A DNA stretch of 64,000 nucleotides from Lingula anatina. Taxonomy: Eukaryota > Animalia > Brachiopoda. Position 1 is the stretch's first letter; the number at the start of each line of letters is the position of its first letter. A program made the position numbers and the translations under genes. The notes under the pieces were generated by a model, which was not told the origin of the DNA, made no database searches, and saw only the letters and a list, made by a program, of their open reading frames with translations. The stretch is taken from positions 21,886,001 to 21,950,000 of the forward strand of contig CM120640.1 of assembly GCA_051362555.1 (NCBI GenBank). Reading direction: 5' to 3'. Below, piece by piece: positions 1 through 12,059 of this stretch.

Positions 1-692
1 CATGACACAGGTAATTGATTTCATTGGCCCAGCTGAGCTGTGTACATTGTACTGTAGCCTTGACACTAATTGACAATAATGCTAACCAGGTATTAAAGAG
101 GTAGATGACAGCAGATAACATCCAAAGAGCACCATAACTGATAACAAATTACACCCAAGGCAATAAGTGAGTCTTCATAATGAAAGTCGAAACCCTGCCT
201 GGGTATTTCCACACGTTTTTACAACACACTCTCCACCAAGACTTTTTGGGCACTACTAATATGCAGTGTACGTGCGCTCATATCTTATACACCTCGGTCA
301 TTGGTTTTCTACTTTTTTTTCTTTTATGGTAAAGGCTGCACAGCTGGGTCTTCATTCTTTGCTGTAAAATAAATTAGTTTTATCCTTTACTTGTTCGATG
401 AGTCTTGATTCAAAGCCACTCCTCAGTCTCTTCTCCGTTTACGGTTTTCGTCCCTACACCTTGGATTGTTACCACTGCAGGCAGTCTGTGAACGCTTGTT
501 AAGTTATTTATCTTCTCTCTATCATATACCCTGCAGTAATTCATCATTTTACTCGGTTTAATATCAAAGAAAACACAGAAATTAAATGCTAAATTGTACA
601 TGTAGACATGATCATGCGCAGCAGACGATTCCGGTCTCCCTCCAGTATGGCTGCCGTTTGTTTTGATGACGAGGGCTACAATGGGTTAATAG
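1..692 (+). mobile_element. Right end of a TIR DNA element, same family as 3189-8958 (left part lies outside the window)
   Basis: 1-692 aligns closely with about 8255-8958 and ends at the same terminus (...ACAATGGGTTAATAG vs ...CTAATGGGTCAATAG); similarity stops there. Confidence 0.85.
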
Positions 693-3019
693 AGCAACTG
701 GGTATTGGGGACAATGAAATAATTTTTTTCTTGGCACTTACCACGGTGCTAATACAAATGAACTTTAACATTTTTTTCATTGTAGATAAACCTTTTTATT
801 ACATGAGGCCAACTGATGAGGGTATTCCTTTCATTAAATATGAAAAATAACAAATGAAAGACAATTTACATTTAATCACATTGCTATATATTTTATTTTA
901 ATTTTACATAAAATTCAACTAGCCTGAAATATTTTACCAGTGAGATATGTACATTGCAAAATAGTTATTTTACATTACTTGTTCATTAATTACCCAGTAG
1001 GTGATAATTCAATGCTACTTTACTTGATTGGTACACATTTATATATATTTAACCATCTAACACACAATTTCCCTTTACACAGTGGACCAGAATTTTTACA
1101 AATAATATAATTTCATAAATTTTCCCAAAGATGTCATGTTAATTTTCTTTCAGTGATACCAGGTATCAATCCATATTTGCATTTGAATAAACTTGTTTTA
1201 CTTGTATTCTGATAAGTAGATATTATCTATAAGCTACACATATATAAAAAAACCTGCACAGTAAAAATAAAACAATGTATTGTTAACTTAGTTGCACATA
1301 CACTTTTAACTAACTTCATGTGGTTAAAACCTAAATTGATTTCACAAACTGCATTTCTATGTACTGATAACCAATAACTATTTATATTAGCAAGAGCAAA
1401 TATTTTTACATCCCTTAGAAGTATCCCAGAGGTTGTGGTGTTCATTGCCACACAGTATTTTAACGTTTGTAATACATTTATGAAAACTTCCATATCCGTA
1501 CAGGTATGATCTTATTTCTGAATTTCATTGCCTTTGTGTTTTTGAAGCCAGTTGAACTGGGCACTTCCTAGGAGGATGTGGAGGTGGTTGAGTGACCCCT
1601 AATTTAATTAACTGTTGTCCAGCAGGTCGTGGTGTGACCTTTAATGTAATTTAACCAGGTGACTGTATAACCTCTATAAAAGCTAGGTTGCTGGCTGTGA
1701 GAGGGGCTTTTTGCTAGAAATCATTTGAGACACGACGATTGTAGTGCATGCTCTATATCTGAAGTAAATATTCGTTATAGTTACAGAAAACTTACATGGG
1801 ACTTGAGTTCGTTCTCTTTGCGTGTTTACATGCGTATGATTAGACATCGAACCGTGGACGTATTGAACTGCTATCGTGATCAACCGGCATAGGCTGGTAT
1901 TACGTAAAGTTCATAACTGATCGGGCGGTACCCGACAACATGCAAGTCAGAGCACCACATCACTATCATATGCCCTCATCATTGAAGAGCCTGTTTCATT
2001 TAATGTACATACACACATACACGGTACATATATTATTCACCTTTTTTAAACTTGCATTTTTATGACATTCTTCTCCTCAAAACCCCCAACCAATGCAATA
2101 AAACTCATTTTGTGTTTACATGTTTTTTTTCTAAAAAAATTAACACAATTGATACATTTAACCCCCCCCCCCCCCCCCGCCCCCAGCAAAAAAGACATAA
2201 TTTACAATTCATATATTTCAAAACATCCCTATGGTTAGTTTACAATACTGTATCTTTCACAACTACTGGTACCAATGCCCCCCCCCCCCCCCCCTCCCCA
2301 CCGCTTTGCAAACAAGTACTGGTACGTACACCACGATATGCACATACGTATACGTGTATGCAGGTTGGATGACAATGTTATTTCGCAATCCACTTCATCC
2401 TTTTCACATTAAAACACGAAGAAATTGCATGAGAAGCCAAGATTCAAACATTTCACTTATACGGTGACATTCATTTCATGCATGAGACCAGAAAACCACT
2501 GCCATTGCTCGATCAACTAAATGATAGGTACCCGGCACGGTGAATATACAGCTTGTTGGAAATGTTGAAATTCTACAAATTACAGGCCATCGCACATCTT
2601 AAACATTTGATATGTTAAAAAAAATATTGCCAAACTATGAAAAAACAGGAACAGATAAAGAAAAAAACCCTTAAGCTGCATTTGGCACAGTTCAAAAGTC
2701 AATGTTTACAATGACGTTTTGTGTGCGGCCATTTTGCTAATCGCCAGTAACTTTAGAGAATACTCAGTGAAATCGATACACGAAGACTTATTCGGTGTAT
2801 AAAATGTAACTTAAGCATATACTGTATTGTCCCGTCAAATTCATTAGTATTTAAATCTACTGTTCATTCCACAAACATATGTACAACTTACCTGTCTCTA
2901 TGCCTTCGTCTCCCGCCAAATTTTTTTGGGGCTACCACTCCACGTTTTGAAAACGAGGCCAAATCTAATATTTTCCAAAATAACCGTCAAATCAGCCAGT
3001 GGCTCCCGGGCTGTATGTA

Positions 3020-3126
3020 GGAGAAGCAAACTGGATACTTACTCATTATTTAAGAGTACGTTAACACTGGAGTGTTACTTATTAAGTGTTAAAAATGTAA
3101 AACACAGAACCTCACTAGCAAGATTC
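3020..3126 (+). mobile_element. LINE (CR1/Daphne-like) ORF2 C-terminal remnant, 5' part
   Basis: Translates as SKLDTYSLFKSTLTLECYLLSVKNVKHRTSLARF, typical of the region after the RT domain in CR1-group LINEs; reading continues at 9051. Confidence 0.75.
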
Positions 3127-4300
3127 GGAGCCGTATCGATAGTCCGAATTCAATACGTAGTCCGAAGGTTCATTGGTCCGAATGTTCACTATTAACCCAT
3201 TACAGTGACGTCATATTTGCTCCGTAACACTAGTCCCGCGGCCATGCTGGAGGGAATGAACGACGGGGAATAGTAGCTGTAATGTAGGTGAATCAAATAA
3301 AATAAAATAAACTTCATATGGCGATCAAGTGCACCAAAGGGAAAAGGATATATACAAGCTAAAGCTTCAGCTGATCAGCAGGATCGACCAATATGAACTC
3401 AAGACAGTCTAAAAACGTGAAATCCTACCAAATGCTACTTATCCAACATCTTGTTGTCAGAAGATAGTTAAGTTATCTTGTACTTCATTTTTCTTGTTCA
3501 TTGGGTAATAACAGTTATAGTTTGAGAGAGTTTAATGTGTAATCATAAGTTTAACCTTACATAGAAGCAACTTTTTTCATAAAGGATAGATATAAGGAGA
3601 AATTTGAGCTGATCATCAGGATAAACCCTTGTGGACTCAAGGAAGAATGTATGCAGGATTGTCTTATGACATGAAATATTGCCGTCAGTTATGACTTATC
3701 TCTACATAGTGAAGCTGTCAGAAATTATTTCAGCATTCTTGTACTTCATATTGGTTCATTAGAAAGTACATGTAATAGGACCGTTGTTTGAAAGAGTTTA
3801 ATATTCACCATGAATGCAACCATTCATATAAGCAACATTGTTAGGATTTTATTATTATTCAGTCATTCACAGAAGCAAGGCATTTTTCACACTTATGTAT
3901 TTATGATGTCCAATGTAAAATAACAATAATTCAGTTCATGAAGTGATCTTCATTTCTGCAACCATTTGCTTAAACATATAGGAAAAGTACGCATTTTGTA
4001 TGAAAAAAAGTGAACATGAAATGCTGAGTTCTGAGTGTCGTTTCAATTAAATAAATCTTGTCATGCACTGGATTTCACTCTCCTGATGTTCAGATCCTGT
4101 CTCCTCAGCTGGTCACAAAGATCTAGGAATATTTTTTGCTGCTTCTACTTTGTGTGTCATATAGCTGCCTTTTGTACCTGTCATCAAAATGTTCCGTTTT
4201 TGTTTTTTGTTTTGTTTTTTTTATGTACAGACACAGATGTGTCTGTACATATAGCCGTCACCTGCGTCTGTCGTCGCCGTTGCCGTTGGCGTGCACTTTT

Positions 4301-4765
4301 ACCGTAAACACGATAAGTGGAAAACGGTTTTACGGTTTGACTTGAAACTTACAGAACTGATGAATTTGTATAATACGCAGGTCAAGTTCGAAAATCAGCA
4401 TGATCGGGTCATTTTTAGGGAAGTTTTGCTTTTTTTTCACTTTTTTCAGCATATATGCAACACCGTAAACACGATAAGTGGAAAACCGTTTTACCTTTTG
4501 GTTTGAAACTTGCAGAACTGATGAATTTGTATAATACGCAGGTCAAGTTCGAAAATCAGCATGATCCGGTCATTTTTAGGGAAGTTTTGCTTTTTTTTCA
4601 CTTTTTTCAGCATATATGCAACACCGTAAACACGATAAGTGGAAAACCGTTTTACCTTTTGGTTTGAAACTTACAGAACTGATGAATATTTATAATACGC
4701 AGGTCAAGTTCGAAAATCAGCATGATTGGGTCATTTTTAGGGAAGTTATGCTTTTTTTTCACATT
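4301..4765 (+). repeat. 161-bp tandem repeat, about 3 copies
   Basis: ACCGTAAACACGATAAGTGG recurs at 4301, 4462 and 4623. Confidence 0.95.
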
Positions 4766-5159
4766 TTCTCTGATTCAATTCTTAGGCATGTTAATAGTCT
4801 CATTATTGAACTAATAAGATATGTAAAAGTGTTTTTTTGACATTTCCTGCATCTTTACAACATTGTTAGTTGATTATGTAAAAATGATGGTAAACTTGTT
4901 ATCGTGTATTGTGTAATCAAGTGTCCAAAACGGAAATAAACTCATATCATTGCAGTTTGTCAGATTCAATCATCCACTATGTTCAGAATCTCAGAATGGA
5001 GGAAATTGGATATTTAATACTGTTCTATTGATATTTTTCCCATCTCATCAATTTTCTTAGTTGGTCATATAAAAATGGCAGTAAACTGTTAATTTTGTTT
5101 TATGTTAAAAAAGTGTTAAAAATGGAAATAAACCCATTTCAGAAAAGTGCTGTCTTGTT

Positions 5160-6900
5160 TACATTTTGGCATTTTCAAGATGTGACTTTGAAGTTCCATG
5201 GGCCTGAAGACCTTTGCTAGTCACATTTTCTGAATATCCATGATACTAATATTTTATTATTAAAAATTGATGGTCATTATGCTGTTAAACATTATGTAAT
5301 ATTGCATCAAAATTTGAAGAAACCCCTATTTTGGGCACTGCTCCCATGATGACCATTTAAGGAAAATCATGTCACTTACTGTTCTCAAACGTACAGGAAA
5401 GAAACATGGGACTAAAATACAGCTTCAGTAGGCAATGCAGTCTGTTTGGTAATTTTTTCTGGCAGTTAAACAGTTTTTTGTGAAAATTCAATTTTTCACA
5501 TATTGGCATTTTCAAGGTGTGACTTTGAAGTTCTATGATCCTGAAGACCTTTGCTTGTCACATTTTCTGAATGTTCATGTTACTAATATTCTATTATTAA
5601 AAATTGATGGTCATTATGCTGTTAAACATTATGTAATGTTACATTAAAATTTGAAGAAACCCCTATTTTGGGCACTGCTCCCATGATGAGCACTTAAGGA
5701 AAATCATGTCACTTACTGTTATCAAACTTACAGGAAAGAAACATGGGACTAAAATACAGCTTCAGTAGGAAATGTAGTCTGTTTGGTAAATTTTTCTGGC
5801 AGTTAAACAGTTTTTTGTGAAAATTTCATTTTTCACATATTGGCATTTTCAAGGCAGGGCTTGACATTAAGGGTGGCCCACTGGCCCTGGGCCACTGAAA
5901 ACCAACCTGGGGCCATTGAATCGCTGGGGTCACTGGCCCAAAGAGCAAGTAAAATGTCATGTGTCAAATCATCCTTGCAATATTTACCGATATTTCGGGC
6001 CAGTATCGAAAAAAGTTAGTGTCAAGCCCTGCAAGGTGTGACTTAGAACCTGCACGGGCTTGAAGACCCATGCTAGTCACATTTTCTGAAAATCTATGAT
6101 ATGTATATATTATTATTAAAAATTGATGGTCATTATGCTGTTAAGCATTATGTAATGTTGCATCAAAATAGAAGAAAACACAATTTTTGGTGCTGCTGCC
6201 ATGATGACCATTATGGGAAAACCGTGTTACTTATGACTGTCAAACTTTCAAAAAAGAAACACAGGACTAAAATGCAGCCTGAGTCGGAAAAGCAGTCTAA
6301 TTGGCTTCTTTTTCTGGAAGTTATACATTTTAGTGAAAAATTCATTATTATCGTGTTGGCATATTCATTGTGGGACTTGGAGCTCCCATGGACATGAAGC
6401 CGAATAGTAATCAAATTTTCTAAATGCCCATGCTATTTATAGTCAATAATCAAAAATTGGTGATAATTATTATATAATTTATTATGTAATGTTACATCAA
6501 AATTGACAAAAATCTTTTTGCACTGCTACTGCAAACATTATGAAAAGAAAACTGTGTTACTTATTATTATTTTTAACTTAAAAGTATGATTTTTAGGATT
6601 GGCATGCAGTTCAAATTAGAAAGCCAGCTCAATTGGGTTATCTTTTATCATTGAATTCATGCAATTTTGTGTGAAATTTTCATTTTTCTCATTCTGGCAC
6701 TTTCAAAGTATAAACTTGGACTCTGATGGGCCTGAAGCCTTATGCTTTTACTTTTGTTGGTGTAACCTGTTGTGCATAATTAAAATTTGATGTTGACTGT
6801 GCAGTTAAACATAATGTATTATTGCATCAGAATTGGTAGTCTCCTATTTTGTGCATTATTGTTATGTGCTTTTCTTAAGATGTGACTTATGGGCCTGAAA
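5160..6900 (+). repeat. About 337-bp tandem repeat, about 5 progressively diverged copies
   Basis: GGCATTTTCAAG-like anchor at 5168, 5505, 5842, about 6358 (after a 182-bp insertion) and about 6696. Confidence 0.9.
5855..6031. mobile_element. hAT-like MITE with 5-bp TSD
   Basis: TIR CAGGGCTTGACA(T/C)TAA; TSD CAAGG; neighbouring repeat units show the empty site TTTTCAAGGTGTGAC. Confidence 0.9.
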
Positions 6901-7173
6901 GATCTTTGAGAGGGTCAGTCTGTAAATTTCCCTTGGGTATCACTTAGCTAAGTTCAGAGTTATAAATCCATTAATAGGCCATTAAATGAGATTACATAAA
7001 GCACACTTGTTGATATTTCCCTGTAAACTCCCAAAGGTTAAGCTCTCTGCTAGATTAATAATAAGTAAGCAGTGATAATTATGCAGGTAAATTTTGTTTA
7101 ATATTGCAAATAAGTTTTTAATATATATATATCAAAAAAGATTAAAAGTTTGAATGGCAGCATCATTGGAATT

Positions 7174-7400
7174 ATATTTACCTCTGCCAAGGAGGTTATG
7201 TTTTCACCCCTGTTTGTCTGTCATCAACATAACTCAAAAAGTTACGGACCGATTTTGATGAAATTTTCAGGAACTGTCAGAAGTGGGCAAGGAGGACAAT
7301 GATTAGTTTTTGGTGGTGGTCCGGATCAATAATCAATCAATAATAATCAACAATTGCTGTCTTGGCAGAGGTCTGCGCTCTTGGAGTGCTTTTCTAGTTT
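7174..7400 (+). mobile_element. Short Helentron-type non-autonomous element
   Basis: ATTACCTCTGCCAAGGAGGTTATGTTTTC start, subterminal inverted CTTGGCAGAGG, 3' hairpin GCGCTCTTGGAGTGC, then T-rich end. Confidence 0.8.
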
Positions 7401-9050
7401 TGTTATGTTTTCCTTTTTAATTTTTTCTCAAACACTGGCATTTGTGACTTTTAACTCTCATCTGCCTGAGGCTCTGCACATTTTCTATATTTCCACATAA
7501 GCAGTTGTATTGTTTTTTATGTCTTTAAACATTATGTAATATTATTTTATGCACTGTCATCATTTTTCAAATATTGAGACTTTCATCATGAGAATTTGAA
7601 CTCTCATGGTCCTGAAACTGTAATCTTACTGAAGGGGTGGATTGAGACCATCTTCTGGGTCTTCCGGAAGACGGTCAGGTTATTAAGTTTATATTGACTG
7701 GTATCTATTTTTTTCTGTTGGAAGACCATAAAAATGGAGGATGGATCAACATAGATACTTTGGAATACTGTCAGAAAATATCTCTGGGTTCTCTCCTGTT
7801 ATTGACCATGGTACCTGTTGTGCATGATTAAAATTCAGTGTTGACTGACAGTGCTATTATAAGCATTATTTATTATTGCATCAAAATTGACAAAATGACC
7901 TATTTTGCATCTTTATTTTCTGTTTTTTGTCTGTACATTTGACAGCTTTGCTGCCTTGTTATATATATCTATATATCATTTACTTGCACCCAATCAGTGT
8001 GGCTTGGTGGGAAATGCCTGATCAATTTCCTAAATGTAAATTAATAGAAAGATAACAATAGTGATTTTTATTCATATTGTAACTTACAACATTACAGTTG
8101 AACGGAGCAGAATTTAACATTTTTACGGAGGAAAGTGCAAATTCATTTCATGAGGTTATATGTCAATTACACCTGAGGTAGAATTTACTTGCAAAATAAA
8201 ATCACTCTTATCACTACACCAAATCGAAAATTAAGCCACTAACTTCCAAATACACTTCATACAGGTAATTGATTTAATTGGCCCAGCTCAGCCGTGTACA
8301 GTACAAATATAGCCTTGACACTAATTGGCAATAATGCTAACCAGGTATTAAAGAGGTAGGTGACAGCCGATAAAATCTAGAGAGCACCGTAACTGATAAC
8401 AAATTACACCCAAGGCAATAGGTGAGTCTTCATTATAAAAGTCGAAACCCTGCCTGGGTATTTCCACACGTTTTAACAAATTAACACACTCTCCACGCAA
8501 ACTTTTTGGGCACTACCTTAAATATATATGCAGTGTACGTCTGCCCCAAACGTACACACCAAGGTCTTTGGTTTTCTACTGTTTTTTCTTTTATGGTAAA
8601 ATCTGCACAGCTGGCTCTTCATTCTTTGCTATAAAATAAATTAGTTTGATCCTTTACTTTTCCGAAGAGTCTTGATTCAAAGCCACCTCGCCGTCTCTCC
8701 TCCGTTTACGGTTTAAGTTCCTTCACCATGGATTGTTACCACTGCAGGCAGTCTGTGAACGCTTGTAAAGTTAGTTATCTTCTCTCGATCAAATAACCTG
8801 CAGTAATTCATCATTTCGCTCGGTTAAATATCAAAGAAAATACAGAAAACGTAAACTGAACTACAGACATGGCTTGTTCATGCGCAGCAGACGATTCCGG
8901 TCTCCCTCCAGTATGGCTGCCGTTTGTTTTGATGACGCAGGCTCTAATGGGTCAATAGAACCTTCAGACCAATGAACCCTTGATTAAAAAATCGATAAAA
9001 ATGTTACCACTTTTCGGACCAATGAACCTTCGGACTATCGAGACGCCCCC

Positions 9051-9470
9051 GCAAGATTTAGATGCCCAAATCACCAACTCAATTATGAGAGTGGTAGATG
9101 GAGAGGTACATGTATAGAAAGATGCAATAGACTCTGTTTAATCTGTAAAAAATACATGATTTATGATGTTGAAGATGAATATCATTTTAATATGATGTGT
9201 AGCATATACAGAATTAAGAGAAAAATATCTGCCAGTAAAAAAATCCTACTAAATAAGTTTTTTAAGATTAATGACCACAAAAAAACACAAATTTAATCTC
9301 TAGTCTAGCTGCTTATATATTTAATGCTTTTATATTAAGAGAAGAAATTTTGGATCACTGACAAAAATGAATAATCCTTAATACTTCTAATGGACTTTAC
9401 TATTATTATTATTACAATTATTATTATTATTATGGGCCGGAGGCCATGAAAAACTGAATAAATATTATTA
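9051..9470 (+). mobile_element. LINE ORF2 C-terminal remnant, 3' part and tail
   Basis: ARFRCPNHQLNYESGRW...RLCLIC...DVEDEYHF...C zinc-knuckle motif, degenerate; followed by AATAAA and a TAT-rich tail. Confidence 0.75.
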
Positions 9471-10299
9471 CCTGGGGTTGAGTGGAACGATTTCCCTATA
9501 TTTACTTTAAAATAATAGAGTATGAGGACAATTTTAAAAAAGAATTAAAAACTTACATCTTCAAAAAGTTTTATAATTGATTTGACTGGCTGTTATCTTT
9601 TACACTGTACAGTTAATTTTTAATATCTTATCAATTCAATTATATTTTAGTTCATATCTTACTATTTTAGCTACCTTTTCATTTATTTTAATCATCTTAT
9701 TCTGTTCATTTTACCCGTGTAAAGTCTACTGAACCTTTTATATACATTTAAGACTATAAATAAATATTATTTTTATTATTTTATGCACTGTCATCATTTT
9801 TCACACATTAGGATTTTCATTATGTGAATTTGAACTCTCATATATGGTCCTGAAACTGTAATCTTATTGACCATGTTACCTGTTGTGCATGATTAAATTT
9901 TATGTTGATTGACTGTGCTGTTACGTATAAGCATTATTTATTACTGTATCAAAATTGACAAAATGACCTATTTTCTGCATCTTCATTTTCTTTTTGTCTG
10001 AACACTTGACAGCTTTGCTGATTTTTTTTTTTTTTTTTTTTTTAATGCAGGTGCATAAGCAGTAAATAGTTTCTATTGTACACAAATCTCGTGGAATGCC
10101 ACATGACCTAAAAAGGATAACAAACTATTGTAAAAGTAGTCAGCTAGTTGACCTAGCTCCTGGGTTTTTCCACTACATGTAGTTTCGCATTGGCAGTCGC
10201 CATATTTTTTACTTTTACCAATTACTCGCTCAAGTTCTGCAAAGAAAACTGCTATGGAAAGACATGGATGACAATTTTTAGGGCAGAGAGGCCTGTGTC

Positions 10300-11247
10300 A
10301 TGGGAAACTTAGCCAGCAAAACTCCCATAACTAATGAACAGTTTACACTGCTGTGTCATAAACTGGAAGAAAAGAGACTGCAAATCATAAAAAAATCATT
10401 TGTTGAAGAGAACTACAAAGTTTTGCCTTTTAATGTTGCAGATTCAGAGAAGAAACAATTGTTTGGGAATTATATAGAGGGATTAACAGAAATAAGTACC
10501 AATGCACAAAAGTATGGACAGGAGGAAGCTTATGAAGAGGCAGAAACCGTGAAAAAAAACTACCAAAGATTGATAGAATTATCAAAATCAAGTGCTTTCC
10601 TTTTGATAAGCTCACCACGTGATAACCCAGAAGAGTTCATGAGAAAATCCCAATACAGAGAGTTTGCTAAGGTTCACCCTGAACTACATGTAAGGGGAAG
10701 TAATACAGTAGAAGATGCTTGTATTACAAATACAGAAGAGCTACGCTTAAAATTGAGAAGTTTCCTGGATTTACATAAAGACAGAAAGAAAATTGTTATC
10801 TATTTCAATGGGCATGGTTCAACTGGTGAACTGAGCATCGGTGGCCGGCACATTATAACCCAAAAAGATTTTCAGGATGAAATTGAAACTTCTATTGAGA
10901 AGCATGGCCCAAAAATGGCACCTGTTCACATAGTGTATGCCCAGTGTTATGCCCATTTTCATCCCCATTCCACTCTCATAAATCTTATAACAGTGTTTAC
11001 AAGTGTCAACAATCCTAGGACTCACAATGTTAAAATGTTATGTCCAAAAAGTGGCATGCAAATCTACATTCATGTTGAGTTACAGAAACATGCTGAGGAG
11101 GAAAAAAGGAAATACATTGAGGAGGAACAACGGCAACATGTTGGGGAGGAAAGAGTGAACCGATTTATGACTGGTGCTACCATAGTTGGACTGTTTGCAG
11201 GTGGCTATTATATTTACGAACACAAAACTACACCAATAAAAAAATAA
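10300..11247 (+). CDS. Caspase/metacaspase-fold protease-like protein, paralog 1 (315 aa): MGxxxS N-terminus, C-terminal hydrophobic anchor
   Basis: Open 948-bp frame conserved with paralog 2; IVIYFNGHG (H172) and VHIVYAQCY (C216); C-terminal FMTGATIVGLFAGGYYIY plus basic tail; candidate splice acceptor TTTTTAG about 20 nt upstream of the ATG. Confidence 0.8.
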   Translation: MGNLASKTPITNEQFTLLCHKLEEKRLQIIKKSFVEENYKVLPFNVADSEKKQLFGNYIEGLTEISTNAQKYGQEEAYEEAETVKKNYQRLIELSKSSAFLLISSPRDNPEEFMRKSQYREFAKVHPELHVRGSNTVEDACITNTEELRLKLRSFLDLHKDRKKIVIYFNGHGSTGELSIGGRHIITQKDFQDEIETSIEKHGPKMAPVHIVYAQCYAHFHPHSTLINLITVFTSVNNPRTHNVKMLCPKSGMQIYIHVELQKHAEEEKRKYIEEEQRQHVGEERVNRFMTGATIVGLFAGGYYIYEHKTTPIKK

Positions 11248-11319
11248 AAATAATCCAATCAAGCTGCCAATTGGAATTGTATGTGAATCATTCTTGAAAG
11301 TTACAAAATAATTTGTAAC

Positions 11320-12028
11320 ACAGTTTTCCTTTTAGAGAATTTCTAGTGGCAGTAGACAAAATATTTTTTATCAATTTTGATGCAATGGTATATAATGCTT
11401 ATAATCACCATTGGTTTAAAATTATGCACTGCAGGTAACAGATATTTCAAAAATGTAATCAGCAAAGGTCTTGAAAGTCACAAAATAATTAGTAACACAG
11501 TTTTCCATTTAGAGCATTTCTAGTGGTAGTAGACAAAAATGTAATTAGCAAAGGTCTTCAGGCCCATAGAAATTCAGTTACACCTTAAAAATGCCAATAT
11601 TATACTGAACGTACTACACCAAAGGAAGTTTTCACTCACTATCGTTCACTTACGCTCACTTACACGTGTAACCTTTCACTCTCACGCTTGATCCCAGATT
11701 CGTTGGTCTAAAACTTCACGTAAGCGTGTGTGACAGAAACCAAGGCAACCACAAGGATAAATCAATGTAACGCTGCTTTATTCAATGACTGACCCTGAGA
11801 TGTCTGAGATGTGAATACATTTTGAATATTAAGCTGATGATAATGGAAACAATTTTTTAACTGATGAAACTTTTTGGTGCACATTATGATGTTCACTCCT
11901 GATTATCTAAGGTTTAACTTGTATAATTATAAGAATATTCTAAAGCTCCCTTCTTCATAAATATCACAGTTAAAGCACTTATGTAATACTGTAAATTTGC
12001 AAAATAAAATATCCATTAACAATAAGGA

Positions 12029-12059
<31 letters not shown>

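Larger units (their letters stand above)
4215..7960 (+). mobile_element. Helentron-associated (HINE/DINE-1/pearl-like) element with internal tandem arrays; 3' boundary approximate
   Basis: T-run, then hairpin ATGTACAGACACAGATGTGTCTGTACAT, a (GTC/GCC)n tract, 161-bp core repeats and about 337-bp repeats that decay toward 7960. Confidence 0.65.
3189..8958 (+). mobile_element. 5.8-kb non-autonomous TIR element, unclassified, carrying nested repeats
   Basis: Termini CTATTAACCCATTACAG / CTCTAATGGGTCAATAG, subterminal GCGGCCATG / ATGGCTGCC motifs; second copy of the right end at 1-692; no transposase ORF. Confidence 0.7.
3127..9050. mobile_element. Mutator-like MITE (about 155 bp of its own sequence) split by a 5.8-kb insertion
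   Basis: TIRs GGAGCCGTATCGATAGTCCGAA / TTCGGACTATCGAGACGCCCCC, internal CCGAAGGTTCATTGG repeats, 9-bp TSD GCAAGATTC (3118-3126) / GCAAGATTT (9051-9059). Confidence 0.8.

Noticed and set aside
2052-2467. Proline-rich ORFs
   Set aside because: Produced by poly-C tracts in non-coding repeat DNA.
4291-4840. Three near-identical short ORFs; CRISPR-like periodicity
   Set aside because: They are translations of a 161-bp tandem repeat; there are no unique spacers and no cas genes, and the context is eukaryotic.
10300-11247. Calling the protease a true caspase or MALT1
   Set aside because: No QACRG or DMCR motif, and no CARD, DED, death or Ig domains are recognisable.
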